64,000 bases of DNA, from the NCBI GenBank assembly GCA_051362555.1, contig CM120644.1, positions 17,754,534-17,818,533 of the forward strand. Reading direction: 5' to 3'. This DNA comes from Lingula anatina. Lineage: Eukaryota; Animalia; Brachiopoda. The position numbers and the translations under genes were made by a program. The notes below the pieces were generated by a model. That model ran no database searches and was not told where the DNA came from. It saw only the letters and a list, made by a program, of their open reading frames with translations. Positions 24,901 to 38,514 of the stretch are shown piece by piece (positions within the stretch are counted from its first letter, which is position 1; each line of letters starts with the position of its first letter).

Positions 24901-27900
24901 GCTCCATGATATTATATTTTGGAGAATAAAATTTTATTTTGGCAACATTAGATTTACCTTTTGCAAACGGCGACCAACAATCATTTTCGGTTTCGTAACG
25001 TGTCGCAGATACGCTCGCCGATATATATTGCAAAAATTAGCTAGGCTAAAAGTATCCTTTTTAGCGTTTTTTTTTATTTATCGATTTTTCTTTCATTTGT
25101 CAATTAATTTAGATGATTCGATTAACTCTTTTGTCCATTTATTAGGTATTCAGAAATCAGTCATCCGTATGAACAAATAGGACCGGTTTTCCCCAGCCGC
25201 CACGCATAGGCCCTACTCTCTTTCAAAATTTTCTTTCTTTCCTCAGGAAATGGACTTTTTACACGAACTTTTCTCTTCCCCATAGTGTACTAGCTAGACT
25301 TCTTCGCTGCTAAGCTGATGTGAGACTTATGACCTATTACGGCACACGTAATCGGCTTATAACTCATTAAATGTGCTCCGACCCCCTCATGGCAACGGCC
25401 CTTAGTAACAGAGGCGTGGCTTAGTTGTCAGCCTGACTGGGGCGCGTGCCGGTTGAAAAACTCATCAAAAGACTCATTTTGCGATGCAAATTCATAAAAA
25501 ATATTACATCCAACGTTAGATACTTTTTTTGATTAATATAAACACACAAAAAACTCAAAAACATGATTTTAAGCGTATTTAACCCTATCACCGGCCTTAA
25601 TTGCTGGTGTCACTGTTTTTGTTGGTGTTTTACACTGATCCTTGACAATATCTCGGGTTGGTGTTACTGTCTCCTCAGGTACTATATGCTGATCCTTGAT
25701 AGGTGAATGTAATGGCTCATCACATGGCTCCAAGTCAACAAAATTAGGGTTATAGTGATGTGCTTTTTCTGTTGATGATCTTAAGTGCTGACGATTACGT
25801 CTGTATACACGGTCATTTCCTTCCACTATGTATGATCTTGGATGTGTATGACGTTTAACAACAATGGCTGGTGCCCATGTTTTTGAACCTGGATGAGGCT
25901 GCATTCTCGCATGTTCTGCAGGGTTGAAAGCTTTCAGTTCTTTAGCACCTTTCCTTTGATCATAATAATATTTCTGCTTTAGTTTCTCCTGGCTAAAATG
26001 ACGTTTCACCTCTCGTTGGTTATATGCCTGTGGTTTTAACAGATTTCGAGCTGCAGGCAGTGTGTTTCTAGGTCTGCGTCCCATTAACAACTGCGAAGGG
26101 GACAAGTTTATGCCTTCCAAAGGTGTAGTTCTGTAGTAGAGTAGAGCAAGATACTTGTCATCACATTTTTTCCACATTTTCTTCACAATTTGAATAGCTC
26201 TCTCAGCTTCCCCATTTGAACCTGGTTACTGAGGACTGGAGGTCATATGTTCAATATCATACACTTTGCAAAATTGTTTGAATTCACATGAACTAAACTG
26301 TGGTCCATTGTCTGATCTGATTTTAAGAGGTATGCCATGACAACTAAACACATATTTCATAGCATTGATTGTAGCAGTTGTAGTTGCGGCATTCAGTTCT
26401 ACAACATCAATGTACTTTGAATAGTAATCAATGAGAAGTAGGTACTTCTTTGCTCCAAAGTCAAATATGTCACAACCAACTTCAGTATAGGGTAGATCTG
26501 GAGGGACGGTCGGTTTCAACGGTTCTGCGGGTAACCTGTTTTGATACTCAGAACATTTTATGCAGTCTCTCACCATGTTTTCAATTTCCATATTCATTCC
26601 AGGCCAAAACATGACTTCCCTTGCACGCTGTTTGCATTTCACAACTCCAAGATGTGACTCGTGTATCAAGCTAAGCATGTACTTTTGTAATGACGGTGGA
26701 ATAACTATTCTGAGGCCTTTGTAGATTACACCATCAAACACAGACAATTGGTCTCTGGAGTCCCAGAAATTTCTAATTTCATAAGGTGTCTCTCTACGCG
26801 TATCTGGCCATCCTTGAACAATTGTGTTGTATAGAGGCTGTAGCTCTCTTTGCGTTCTTGTTCTAATATCAGAGTATCTCTCGCTGCTCACAGAGATCAT
26901 ATCAATTAAACATAAATCATCTAGTCCTGTCACGTCAGAACTGGTGTCTGGTAAGTATGCTCTCGACAATGTATCTGCTACCACCATATCTTTGCCTTTC
27001 CTGTATACAACATTGAGATTGTACCACTGTAGACGTAGCAACATCTTCTGCAATCTCATTGGAGCTGACAGTAATGGCTTCTTATAAATGCTCTCTAATG
27101 GCTTGTGGTCTGTGTACACTGTTGTTTCCTTACCGAAGATGTAGCAGTGGAATTTTATAGCTCCATGGACAATGGCGAGCATTTCCTTCTCTATTTGAGC
27201 ATAACGCATTTCAACATCAGTAAGAGAACGTGACGTGTATGCTATAGGTCGGCCATCTTGTATTAGCACTGCCCCTAGTCCACTTCTTGATGCATCACAC
27301 TGAATCTCTACGGGCTTGTTCACATCATAATAAGCTAATACAGGCGGTGTGCTACACAAGTGTTTGAGTTCCTCAAAACTTGCTCGTTGCTCATGTTCCC
27401 ACTTGAATGACACATCATTCTTCAATAATGCTCTCAGTGGGGCATCCACCTGACTCAGGTTTGGTATGAACTTGGCTAGATACTGTACAAGACCAAGTAT
27501 TCTTCGTACTCCATCTTTATCTGTGGGTGGTGTCATCTCAGTTATTGCGCGCACTTTTTCTGGATCTGGGCTCAGGCCCTCTGCTGTGAAGATATGTCCC
27601 ACATACTGAACTCTGGGCTGACGCACCTGACACTTATCAAAATTGAGCTTTAGGTTGTATTCAGTAGCTCTCTGAATAACCTTCTTGAAAATCGAATCAT
27701 GATGCTCACGATCTGTGCCTGCTATCAATATGTCATCCATTATAGCTGTGGCACCTTCTATGCCTTCAAGCATTTCATCCATGATTCTCTGAAAGATTTC
27801 TGGCGCTGATTTAATACCAAAGGGTAGGCGAAGCCATCTGTACCTGCCAATTGGAGTTTTGAAAGTAGTCAAAAAGGATGACTGCTCATCAAGCTGTATC

Positions 27901-30900
27901 TGCAAAAATCCCTGTGTGGCGTCTAACACAGAAAACACTGTGGCTTTTGGAATACTAGCTACAACTTCTTCAATAGTTTTCAGTGGATGATGCTCCCTTT
28001 TGATTGCATTGTTCAAATCACATGGGTCTATACAGATTCTCACTTTATCATTTCTTAATGAAACAACCATTGAACTGACCCATTCAGTTGGCTCATGGAC
28101 TCGGGTAATGAAGCCATCTGATTCCATTTCCTGTAATTTCTCTACGATGCGTGGCTTCAGTGATGCTGGCTGTCGTCTGGCTGGATGTATAACTCCCTTT
28201 GCTGTTGGGTCTATCTTTATGGTATGCTTACCTGGTAGCGTACCTGTGTTCTTGGCAAGTTCAGTGAAATCATCTACACTGTTTACCTTGTTTACTCTGA
28301 CTCTATGGAGGTGCCCAAGTTTCTCTGAAACTTCACCGTTAATGACATTTTCCTGGTCTATGTCTACTATTTCAAAGTCAACTGGCAACTGAGTAGTATT
28401 GTATGCCACTGAAAGCTGTGCTTTTCCGATTGGGCGGATCTTGTGATTAGAGTAGGAGCGAAGAAATTTAGTTGTTTGGTTCAAGTTCTTGTGAAGACTA
28501 AGTTTTTCATAATCAGCTTTCACTAGAATGTTACATTTTGCTCCAGTATCTATACGAAATTTAAGTGGCTTGTCTTGGACATCTAGTGTCACTATCCATT
28601 TATCTTCAGCTGCACTGACAGAGTCAACATTTTCATCATCAACTTCAGTTGTATGAATGTACAGTGGATCATTGTTGCCATCTTCACTCACTGAATCATC
28701 ATAGTAAACATCATTATCACTTTCCTGTAAAGTGTGTACTGCCTTGGCTTTTCGTTTTCTGCATACTGAATACCAATGGTCTGGTTTCTTGCAATATCTG
28801 CATTTGGTTCCTTTTGCCGGGCAAGTATTGTTTCTATGGGCTGTTGCAATATCTAAACCACACTGACCACATTTCTTGTTCTTTTGCTTCCAAGGTACGT
28901 GTTCCTGTCTCTTAGAGGCTTGTGAGGGATTTCTACTAGCATGGCTTTCCTTACTCTTATGTGACTTGTGATTAATGGCGGAAACTTCAACTTCTGGTCT
29001 TAGAATCTTCATTTGTTGCTGGGATGACTCATACTGTCTGCCTATTTCTAATGCTTGAGCTAGAGTAAGTCTTTCCCCTTTTTCTAACAGTTTCTCTTGA
29101 ACTCGAGGATAGTACACCCCACGTATTATACAGTCAATTAAAATGTCTTCAGCGTCTTGGTACTCACAATCCATAAGAATCAATCTGATGTCTTTTACAA
29201 AATTGTCAAATGTCTCACCTTCCTCCTGCTTCCTTTTCTGGAGATTAAATCTTTGTGCACGTTTGTTTTTTCTGGGTCTTACATAATTTTCAAGCTTGCC
29301 GAATATTGCTTCTGGTTTATCCTCTTCATCTTCTTCCCAAGTGCATGTTTTGTAAATTTCTCTCCCTTGTTTTCCAATCCACATGCCTAACCATCCTGCC
29401 CTTATCTTATCATCTGTTTGTGATAGTGGACCCTTGAAAACGAGCTCAGCATGCTGTCGGAATCGAGTAAATTCCAAGTACAAATTTTTAGACTCCCAAT
29501 CGAAACTGGGTTGCTCGAATGCATATGCCATTTTAATTAGTGTCTCGCACAATTAAAAATGTTATGTGGCATGTGTAAGGACTCACTAATAGCTTGAAAA
29601 GTTCAACTTCTGACACCATGTAACATAAACGTGCTAACTCTGTAAGCCGCCATGCTGGAACACACGTGTATTATTTTAAGTCGCTTACAACATTGTAAAA
29701 TAAGAGGTGGTCGCTTAAGACAAATAAAATGTTACAGTCTGTGATATCTGTGATAGTCGACTCGCCTTCAAAAATTGCTCTAGTACATGTTATTGAAGTG
29801 TAAGCAAAACATTTTTGTATCTTTTAAGGAACAAGTGGTATGGGCCGTGGAAGAGGGAGCCGATTATATTGTGGGGGAAACATACCGCCATTTTGGAGAA
29901 GCCATGTTGGCTCTGGAGGCAATTAAAGAGTTTGGCCAAGGTAAAGTCGATTTTTTTCCCAGCGGGTAGGCCTAATTACTCTGAACAATAATGGCAAAAG
30001 AAAAAAAAAACTCCGAGGACCGAGGAACCTTTGGAGTTTTTTGACAAAAATTACAATTTAATTTTTCCACCTCTGGAACGACGAATAGGGTGTTCATCTA
30101 CTTACACGTTCGTGTATAATATTTGATTGGCCGCAAATTTTAAGAAAGTACAGTTTAAGAAAGTATACCCTACAATATACGTATATGCTTTATCAACTCA
30201 AGCTCATAAAAAGAAAACCTCTTGGAGCCTGTTTGTAAAAAAAAAAAAAAATAATAATAATAAAAATAAAAACTTGTATCATCGGCGGGTTTGGCCATTC
30301 AAATAAGTGTCCCTATTTTTACATAAAAAAGGAACATTCAATGCCCATACATTTTCCACTTTTATTTTTATTATTTCAGGAGTCCCAGCTGTTATAACGA
30401 TGGTTGCTTACAAAGACAAAAGTGTAGAGGGCGTGCCAATCCCGGAAGCCATGAGGAGACTGCAGGACGCTGGAGCAGCCGTAGTGGGGTTAAACTGTGG
30501 CCGTGGCCCAGCCACCACCATTCCTATGATGAGAAAAATTAAAAAGGCTTGTAAAGTAGGTGTTTTGATTTATATTCCATCATCTCAAAAACTTTTTAAT
30601 GTTTATATGCTCTTCTCTCCTTTAAATATTAGGGTCCAGAATTAGAACATTTGCTGTTGGCTCGTTGCCTAATTTCCTGACGTTAACGATGTTATGAAGT
30701 TTCAGATGGTCAAAAGTTAGTTTAATCATATAGACACAATGCATCTCTTCTTCCCTAACTGTAGTATTTCAGAGATCTCAGCTCATGTTTAACGCATACA
30801 TTCGTCCATTTTTGTATTTTCTGCATACAAATTAAAATTTCAGGGTGCAGTTGGTTGTTTGCCGGTTTGTTACAGAACCACCCCAGATAAACCGGTGATG

Positions 30901-31695
30901 CAAGCTTTCTATAACCCAGGTGAGGCAATACGGGTTCACTTATAGAAGTAGTGGTGTATATTGAACAAAACTGATCCATGTTTTATTTTACACATACCCA
31001 TGCGACAAAACCCTTAGAACTCCGTATCAGTAGCTCCTTCAGCTCCAACACTATATGATAATCGCTCTGGTTGGCTGATGACTCCAATAACCCATATTTG
31101 TTTGTTCTTAGATCAATTTTAATTTTGACGTGAAGCGATTTGTGCTCCTTCTAACTTCGGGGTTTGTGCCTACCAATTAGTACCAATTATAACTAGCGGT
31201 ATGAAAGTAGATTATTTTAGGCATATTTTATTTTGACGATTTGTTTTAATGGAATAGGCCTATAGTTGTTACCAATAAGTTCTTCTCAAATGAATTTTAA
31301 AGGGTACTCGGACACGTAAAATAAAATAAAATAAAGTGGGATACAGATACCAATATAGGGAGAATTTACAGAGTCAATCTAATCTATGCATGTACTTTTT
31401 AATCCTGACAAGTTTAAAACTAGATAATTCTATCGATTTCCTTTTTTCAGATAACGACAGCAATCCTTACTACGACCTGCCAGCCTGGCTGTGTAGCCGT
31501 ACTCAGATAGGGGAATACGCCGCCCAGGCCAGGGAGATCGGTATACAGTACATAGGCCTATGCTGTGGTAACGCCCCCCACTATTTCCGAATAGTGGCGG
31601 AAACGTACGGAAGGCGGCCCCCTGCTAGTCGCTACTCCTCCAGTGCCAAGACAATCCTGCAGAATAACCCAGTCTTTGAGCCACTGAAGTCTTAA
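20137..31695 (+). CDS. Betaine-homocysteine S-methyltransferase-like Zn enzyme; exons 20137-20161, 21971-22161, 22534-22728, 29829-29940, 30380-30555, 30844-30919, 31451-31695
   Basis: Motifs [31 protein letters not shown], Zn-ligand GLNCGRGP and [16 protein letters not shown]. All junctions are GT-AG and phase-compatible, from MAERKTKRG to the stop at 31693-31695. Confidence 0.9.
20240..20335. repeat. Compound (TG)n/(AG)n microsatellite; a similar one lies at 21849-21940
   Basis: Direct reading. Confidence 0.9.
23484..29531 (-). pseudogene. Gypsy gag-pol polyprotein (Zn knuckle, protease, RT, RNase H, integrase), disrupted by one nonsense codon and one insertion
   Basis: Motifs [62 protein letters not shown]. 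In-frame TAA at 26226-26228 in [14 protein letters not shown]. The C-terminus [21 protein letters not shown] (23484-23551) is separated from the rest by the insertion. Confidence 0.92.
23552..25596. mobile_element. Non-autonomous TTAA-targeting DNA element (Kolobok-like) inserted in the Gypsy integrase tail
   Basis: Flanked by TTAA at 23548-23551 and 25597-25600. Termini read GGTGACTGATAG and, reverse-complemented, GGCCGGTGATAG. Removing it restores the pol frame (..[14 protein letters not shown]). Confidence 0.75.
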
Positions 31696-32758
31696 GGAAC
31701 CGGTTGTTTAAACCGTTTACAGATGGGTCCAAGTTTTTGGAAAATAAGTTGATATAATAATTTGCTTTATATGATTTATCTTCATAATTTGAACAATGCG
31801 TAGCATTGTATTTTAAAAAATGAATAAACAATTGATGTAGCTCAAGGGACTGTTTCACAAAATGATTTAAGTGAAAAAAAAAACGGTCGAAGTATTGCGT
31901 TTCATAAAGCAGCTTGATTGCCGATTGCTTCGTTTATTTCGGCTTTTTGATTTAATTCCTAAAGCAAAATGTGCTTATCTCAACAACAGCAATTCCTACC
32001 AGTGGTTACTATAGATGTATAGTTCATTTATGTACTTCATCTACATACATCACCATTCAAAATCCATTAAACGCGCTTAGACTAATAAATAATCAATAAT
32101 AATTGACTGCGTTGATGACTATAGGATTAAAGCAGACTACTTTAAGCCGAAATTCTTCTGACTTTTTGTCCATAAAAAAAAAAGAAACTCACTTGGCACA
32201 ACAAAAAAATGGATTTTTTTATGTGTAAATAAGATACCTATAATTGTACTGTACAACGAGGTAATATCCCCTGCTGAATTAACTCTCATCAAGGAACGAG
32301 GAAAGTGTGTGAACATATCTAAAGAAAAGAGGAAGTAATGTTCAGTGCTTCATCTGATTAATTCACCATTGATAAAATTGCACAAGAGATAACTAAAAAT
32401 AAATGCTGACTGAGAAACACTACAGTAAATATCGCACACACCCCCTTCAGGTAGGTCAGTGAGAAACAGATATAAGGGTACTTATATACCAAACACTTTT
32501 GGGTTTGTAAAGTTTATGAAAAGAACTAAAGGCAGTGGAAATTGCAACATCTGTAAATAAATAAAACAATGACAAGGTAATATGCTCCAACAGTAATATA
32601 ATGATAAGAGGTATAATCATGTAACGAAGAAACACATTTAAACAATTTTGGCTCTACACTCAGGGTGCACGCTCTGTACTTGTTTAAAAGCACCGGTTGA
32701 TATGTGATTCAAAGCCACGTGCCTTTTTAAGGTCACTCCCCTATCAAACACGCGGCAG

Positions 32759-32942
32759 TATAAATATAGACATAACACTGCGCTGGAAAACAACGGGCAT
32801 TTACAAGTGCGTGGTCGGTGACGTTCTGTTGAGTGTGTGAGGTCGTTTGTTACTGAGAAGAAAGTGGCAACATCACGTAGGCTGCGTTGACGGACATAGA
32901 TACAGGATCTGCGGTGGACTAGTCAGTCTTTGAGACATTAAG
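32759..32942 (+). promoter_or_regulatory. Putative TATA box and non-coding first exon of the PLAC8-like gene
   Basis: TATAAATA at 32759; donor AG|gtaagc at 32942/32943; acceptor tttccag at ~33322, upstream of ATG 33376. Confidence 0.5.
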
Positions 32943-33092
32943 GTAAGCGTTGATTGGTCACACCTCCTTTGCTGGAATTTGTACAACTTTGACACGCTGG
33001 CCGTGGTGCTGGGAGTATAATAAATATCAAAACGTTGTCAAGGCCAGAAATTTTCCATTTCAGTGTTTTTAGACCAGATTTGCTAGCTATAC

Positions 33093-33132
<40 letters not shown>

Positions 33133-33375
33133 TTTGAAATAATTTCTGATCATGGACCAAGGAACAACCACTTTGCCTTGCCAAATAGGGCGAAAAATAA
33201 AACCCAGCTCAATTAATTTCGGATTTTTGTTCATTAATCGAAATTATGATCGCGCTCAATTTGATACATTCATACTAATTAACTGATAGTAATTCATGCA
33301 TCCATCTTTTAATTATTTCCAGATTATCCCCAGAGTTAAAAGGCTGTTTGGGTTGTAGACACAATATACTGAAAT

Positions 33376-36300
33376 ATGTCCGGCTATTGGAGACATGGTC
33401 TTTGCGGGTGCTTTAACAACCTGGGGATTTGTATTATAACCTATTTCGTCCCTTGCTACACGATAGGCAAGAACGCGGAGGCAGTCGACGAGAGTTGCTG
33501 TCTCTACTGTTGTATAGGTGTGATTGAGCCTTTTGGAACTTTCTTCCGAGCGAACACCAGAAGTAAGATCAGGGAGAGGCAGGGTATACCAGTAAGTAAT
33601 GTTATTTTAGATAGGTGTTTATAGGACGGACACGGCGGATTTGATGGTAGAGAGATAGACGTATGGCACCAGCAATTAATTCTGTCTATGTCTGTAACTG
33701 ACTTTTGAACTAGACTATAGCTACATGTACTTACATGTACAACCACCCTCTCCAGATTCTACATTCGCGGCTTTGTGCTATTCTTAGAGACATTTAGTGA
33801 ACCATAAAAGACTTATAATTAAATTACATAGAACTTTACATTCGGGTCCATTTTGAATTTCTCGCGTAATCTTTAAAATTTACGGAAATCGGTCTCAAAC
33901 CAGAGGCCAGTTGAGTGATACCATAATAGGGATGCAATATTCTCACTACAGCAATTAGCTCAACTAGTGAATAGCCTGAGAAATTTCTTTGACAATCTAG
34001 TGGAAAATTATTTCTGCGACCTGGCCTGTCACAGACACATATTGAAATGGGGTTACCTTATAGCGTGACCCATACTAAAGATGAGGACAAGTGTGTGACT
34101 CGGGGGCGTAGACTTAGGCCGCATTCACAACCAAGTTGATCCGCGGACTAACTAGTCCGCTGATCAAATATGGCGTGCAATTGACAATGGATTCCTGCCT
34201 CTCATGCGAGTCGTCCCAGCGGGGGCAGGGCAATTAAATCTCGGCACACTTTGAAGTGGATCGAGCCATATTTGATCCGCAGATCAATATATACACAGTT
34301 AGTTCGCGGACCAAGTGGTTCCGAATGCGCCCTGAGTCAAGACTGGACCTAAAGGGGAGTGAACTGCATTGATAAAACGTCTCCCAAATAACCTTGACCA
34401 GGGAGTGTGTGTGTGTTTGAGTGCACACATGTATGTGTGGGAGGAGGGGGGGGGGTGAAACCCCAAACTCGAAAGACGTTGAGTAGGTAGACAATTTTGG
34501 CGTTTTGTATCCTTTACACACAGCTAGTACACTTAGACCCCATTCCCAGATATTAGATCGATCCAACTAGATCGACCTAACTCCCTGGGGGTTCACGCTA
34601 AATAGCTGTCAACCGAGCAGGCACGAAAGTTAATTACTCCCTTACAGCTTGTAGTAGGCGGGACGGACATTTAAGCCGGATTATCTGACAGTAATCTAGT
34701 GAGACTCCCCACGGGGATAGATCGATCTAAAATCCATGGGAATGCGCCCTTAAATAAATGTGCACGGAATAACACTATACATATTGGCTTTCGTCGCCCA
34801 AGATATGGCCATGAAATATAGCACAAGTGCTGAGTGCTGAGCTTATTTATGTCACTATTTGGTGAGGTGCCAGCTAGGTGTCAAAATGTATCTACTCAAC
34901 GTATTTTCGGCTTGGAAGTTCCTTTGTTGACATTTCTACAAAACATATCTTGTGCTGTGCGTCCTTTTGTCGGAGTTAACTATATTTCTTTATTAGTCCT
35001 TTATCGGGGTAAAAATATTTGTTTAAGATTTTATCGATTCTCATCTTGTGTGCTATAGCAACAACTTTATAAATTTTCACGATTCTCTACAGTCATTTTT
35101 ATTTTGTATACATATAAACAGGTGTTCTACCTGTTTGATTATGACATTGCTTTCGTAATGTTGAAATTAAATTTTGATAAGCTTTATGGAAAATTATCGT
35201 GAAACATCTGCTTGCGAAAGTGTTTAATATATACAAGTATTTATTATTTATGGCTTTCCTTGCAGACGACATCTATATTAACCTAAATTGCTCATCAAAT
35301 TTCCGCGGTAGGCTACTTATCGTACATATCGTAAGAGTTGAAGTCAGCTTAAGCTTAGTGCTCATTGTTTTACAATTTTTGCTAAAAACTGGCAAATTTT
35401 GTCCCAAGCCTTAGGGTTGTTAAAGGTGCATAAATGTTAAGCTGTAACATTACACGATCGTTGATAGTATTTCTTTATCTAGGGAGCCACCCCATTGAGA
35501 TAAACCAGCCGCCTGTGACGTTTTGTATACAACATCATTTATATAGAGTTGACCCAGGCACATGTGACTGTTTGTATAAAACGTAGCTTTGTGTTTGTGA
35601 AAAAAAAAGCTTATTTTATCTCTCGTATCACGATCGAGTTTCGTATTTGTTTTTCCAGATCACGAGGTTTCATTTTACGGCGTTCCATAAATCAAAGAAT
35701 TTAAATATCAACTTCCTTGCTAAAATGTAACGAGCATACTATAGCTAATACACCTGTAAGACCGCAGAATTTGCTCTCAAAGTTATTAAATAATAATTAA
35801 CCGGAACATTTCCTAAAATATATTTGAAAAGACAGCATTTTTTCATCTCCGGTGAACCATTAAGTGGGAATTCTACTTTTAATCAGAACAAAAGGAATAT
35901 AATGATGTTAGGGAAAAAACATTCGCCGAGAAATCTGATCAGTTTGTTAAATTTTCAAAAAGAATGAAGGAGAACCCGACCTAAGCAGATCAAGCACAGT
36001 TAACAAAGTTAACTAAAAGTAAAATATAAAGTAATAAATGCAGTTAACTTTAATTTCCTATTCACACAATAGAAACAATTGACAGTACGGGGATATATAT
36101 GAAGGTCTATCAAATTGATCCGCGAATTTGTAGTCCGCTGTTCTAATTACGCTCATGGACTGTCATGTCAGCAATTACATGTGTACCTACCTTTACGATA
36201 ATATGGTAACGGCAGAGGCATAGTACTGTAGAGGTGAATAAATTTTAACTCGTTTATGAATGCCAATGTCGGAATTCGACGCCAAAAGCTGAATAACACG

Positions 36301-36845
36301 AGAAATTATTTAAACTGTACACCATTTTAGAACAAAATTATTTTGCAGCAGAACATATCTTTATTTTTTTTATCTTCCAGGGTTCGTATCTTGGCGACTG
36401 CCTTATGCATCTGTTCTGTCCATTTTGTTCTCTTGTACAGGAGGCTCAGGTAAATGAATTCCGCTAAATAACCTCTTTCTCGGTGCTATTTACAGCGACT
36501 GTTTTTGCGGCCACTATGAGGCGATTTAAAGATGAATTAACGGTGGAAACAATGTTGTTTTTTAGATTAAGTTTGTCTGCTTTAAAATTTGCTTTTGAAA
36601 AATGCAATTAGAATGGATATAAGAATATAACCGATTTGTCTACGAAATCAAATTTCGATCACGTTTTCTCTTATCTTCGGCAGTTTGCATAGATCAGGAT
36701 TTGCATTTAGCTCCCACGAAATGGTGGCGGGATAATCAAGTGACTATCGATTATTTCCCTTTTCTGTTCCTTACAAAACCTCTTTTTCTTTTCTTCAAAC
36801 TAGGAGGTGCAAGGCTGGGGGCAGCTTATGATGGTCCGAGAATAA
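33376..36845 (+). CDS. PLAC8/cornifelin-family Cys-rich protein; exons 33376-33591, 36381-36449, 36804-36845
   Basis: WRHGLCGCFNNLGICIITYFVPCYTIGKNAE...RSKIRERQGIP|GSYLGDCLMHLFCPFCSLVQEAQ|EVQGWGQLMMVRE*; phase-0 GT-AG junctions. Confidence 0.9.
34116..34333. mobile_element. MITE family A, copy 2
   Basis: ggccgcattc...gatcaaatatggc / gccatatttgatc...gaatgcgccc. Confidence 0.65.
34535..34751. mobile_element. MITE family B, uninterrupted copy
   Basis: Near-identical, in reverse complement, to 56155-56283 plus 56854-56952. Confidence 0.7.
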
Positions 36846-36933
36846 GACCAAGATGGAGTGAAGCGACAAAAAGCTGCATGGCCATCGTGTCGGTCGCTAC
36901 CAAACTTTTTAAAATACGTTAGTCGCAGGTTAA

Positions 36934-37139
36934 GGCTGCATTCACTACCAAACCTGATCCTCATACTAACAGATCCGCGGATCAAATATGGCCGACAGAC
37001 TTGAAAGTTAACCGCGTAATCCCCGAGAGGAATCTATACAGTGTCTGTTGGGGATTTAGGTGACAATCTTTCAAGTGGATCGGCCATATTTGATCTGCGA
37101 GTCTGTTAGGCCGGAGATCGCCTTGTTCCGAATACCCCT
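36934..37139. mobile_element. MITE family A, copy 3
   Basis: ggctgcattc...ccgcggatcaaatatggccga / tcggccatatttgatc...gaataccc. Confidence 0.65.
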
Positions 37140-38514
37140 TTATTCAAGTAAGAATGTGCCAAGGGTACGGTAATGAATGGAGCTTGTTTCTGAGCCAGGA
37201 ATTTAGTGCAGTGTGCCAGTACTCTACCAAAACTCTGAAAATGCACGAGATGACAAATTTTCCAAGACTGCAATTGTTAAAAGTTGTAGGGGCATTATAC
37301 CTAGACGGTTCTCATAAGGAACTTCACAACAAAGGTCTTAAATGAAGAACACAAGATACTGGTTTAAAATGTATATAAATTTAATAAAGGTATTTTATAG
37401 AATTCTCTATTGCTATTCACATCATGTTCATTTTGTAGCAGTAGCATGTTTTCCAATTCATATAACTAATAAACAAAATATTAAAACCATGATATGAAAG
37501 CATCCCTTGTTGTTTTTAACATCAGTGCATCATTTCCAATCAGTCAAACAAACCTTTTACACTTACATTAAAACTGAATTATCAAGAAAAAATTGTGAAT
37601 TGGCTTATCCAAAACAAATTTTCCCAAGTGCACGAAGCACTAGGATTTAGCAAAACCACAGTGGCAATATTCATAAAATTAAGGAAATCTGTTTTTTCTT
37701 ATATTAACCATGGCTATTATTACCAGTAAACACTTCTGAAAAACAAATATTTTATCAAGAGTTTCTCTCTTTAAAGGTTCTGTTTGTCAGTCTACACAAA
37801 GTTCAAAAGTCCATCCTAAGCACTGAATAAATTGAAAAAAAAAAGTGTTTACAATTCAATTTGATCTCTTGCTAGTCTTTAGTGACACAAAAAATACTTA
37901 TACAGATACATCTCACTATTGGCTCCATAAATAAATTATTTATATATTTACAAAGTTTACAAGATCTTCACATGTGACATGAAATGTACAGTATACAAAA
38001 TCAACTGGGATACAAAAGCCCAGTTGGGGATGACTTTGCTCGCCTGGAGCTGGCATTTCGTTAGATGAGATGTACTTTTTTTTCTTCCAATGCAACAATG
38101 TGTTATGTGTGCCCTTCATTTCCTATGAACCAGCACTGCGTTAGATGAGCGTTACTTTCTCTTCCCATTCAACATTGCGTTGGGTGTGCCATTCATTTCC
38201 TTTGAGCCAGCATTGCATTAGGTGAGCTGTTTGTTCTCTTGCTGCCACTAGTCAAGACTGCTCAAGCAAACTGTGAACACACCTTAAGATTCCCTTGCTG
38301 CTAATGGGGTCAATATCATTGGAAGGCATCTTTGACCAAGTAACAACATTTCCCAAGTGGTTGTTAAAGAAAATAGTCCTGTGAGAGCATTTCAGCCACA
38401 GAGCACAGGCAGAGTTACATCAACAGACAGGGATGGTTTGTGTGGTGATGTCAGCTACAGCACAGAGGTGCTCCTCACTGTTATACTAGGTATTAAGGTA
38501 TTGCCTCTTCTCCC

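Larger units (their letters stand above)
22986..29736 (-). mobile_element. Full-length Ty3/Gypsy LTR retrotransposon (Mag-like) in intron 3 of the BHMT-like gene
   Basis: Identical 118-bp LTRs (22986-23103, 29619-29736; TGTAACA...TGTTACA). 5-bp TSD GTCTG at 22981-22985 and 29737-29741. PBS TGGTGTCAGAAGT matches the tRNA-Leu 3' end. PPT AGAGGGAGA lies next to the 3' LTR. Confidence 0.97.

Noticed and set aside
24665-25180. 122-aa and 125-aa ORFs inside the Gypsy as a possible env or extra gene
   Set aside because: They lie within the separately inserted TTAA element and show no recognisable motifs
26824-29437. Plus-strand ORFs within the retrotransposon
   Set aside because: Antisense shadows of gag-pol
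38045-38240. ~80-bp degenerate tandem repeat in the SENP 3' region
   Set aside because: About 2.5 diverged copies with no evident structure or function
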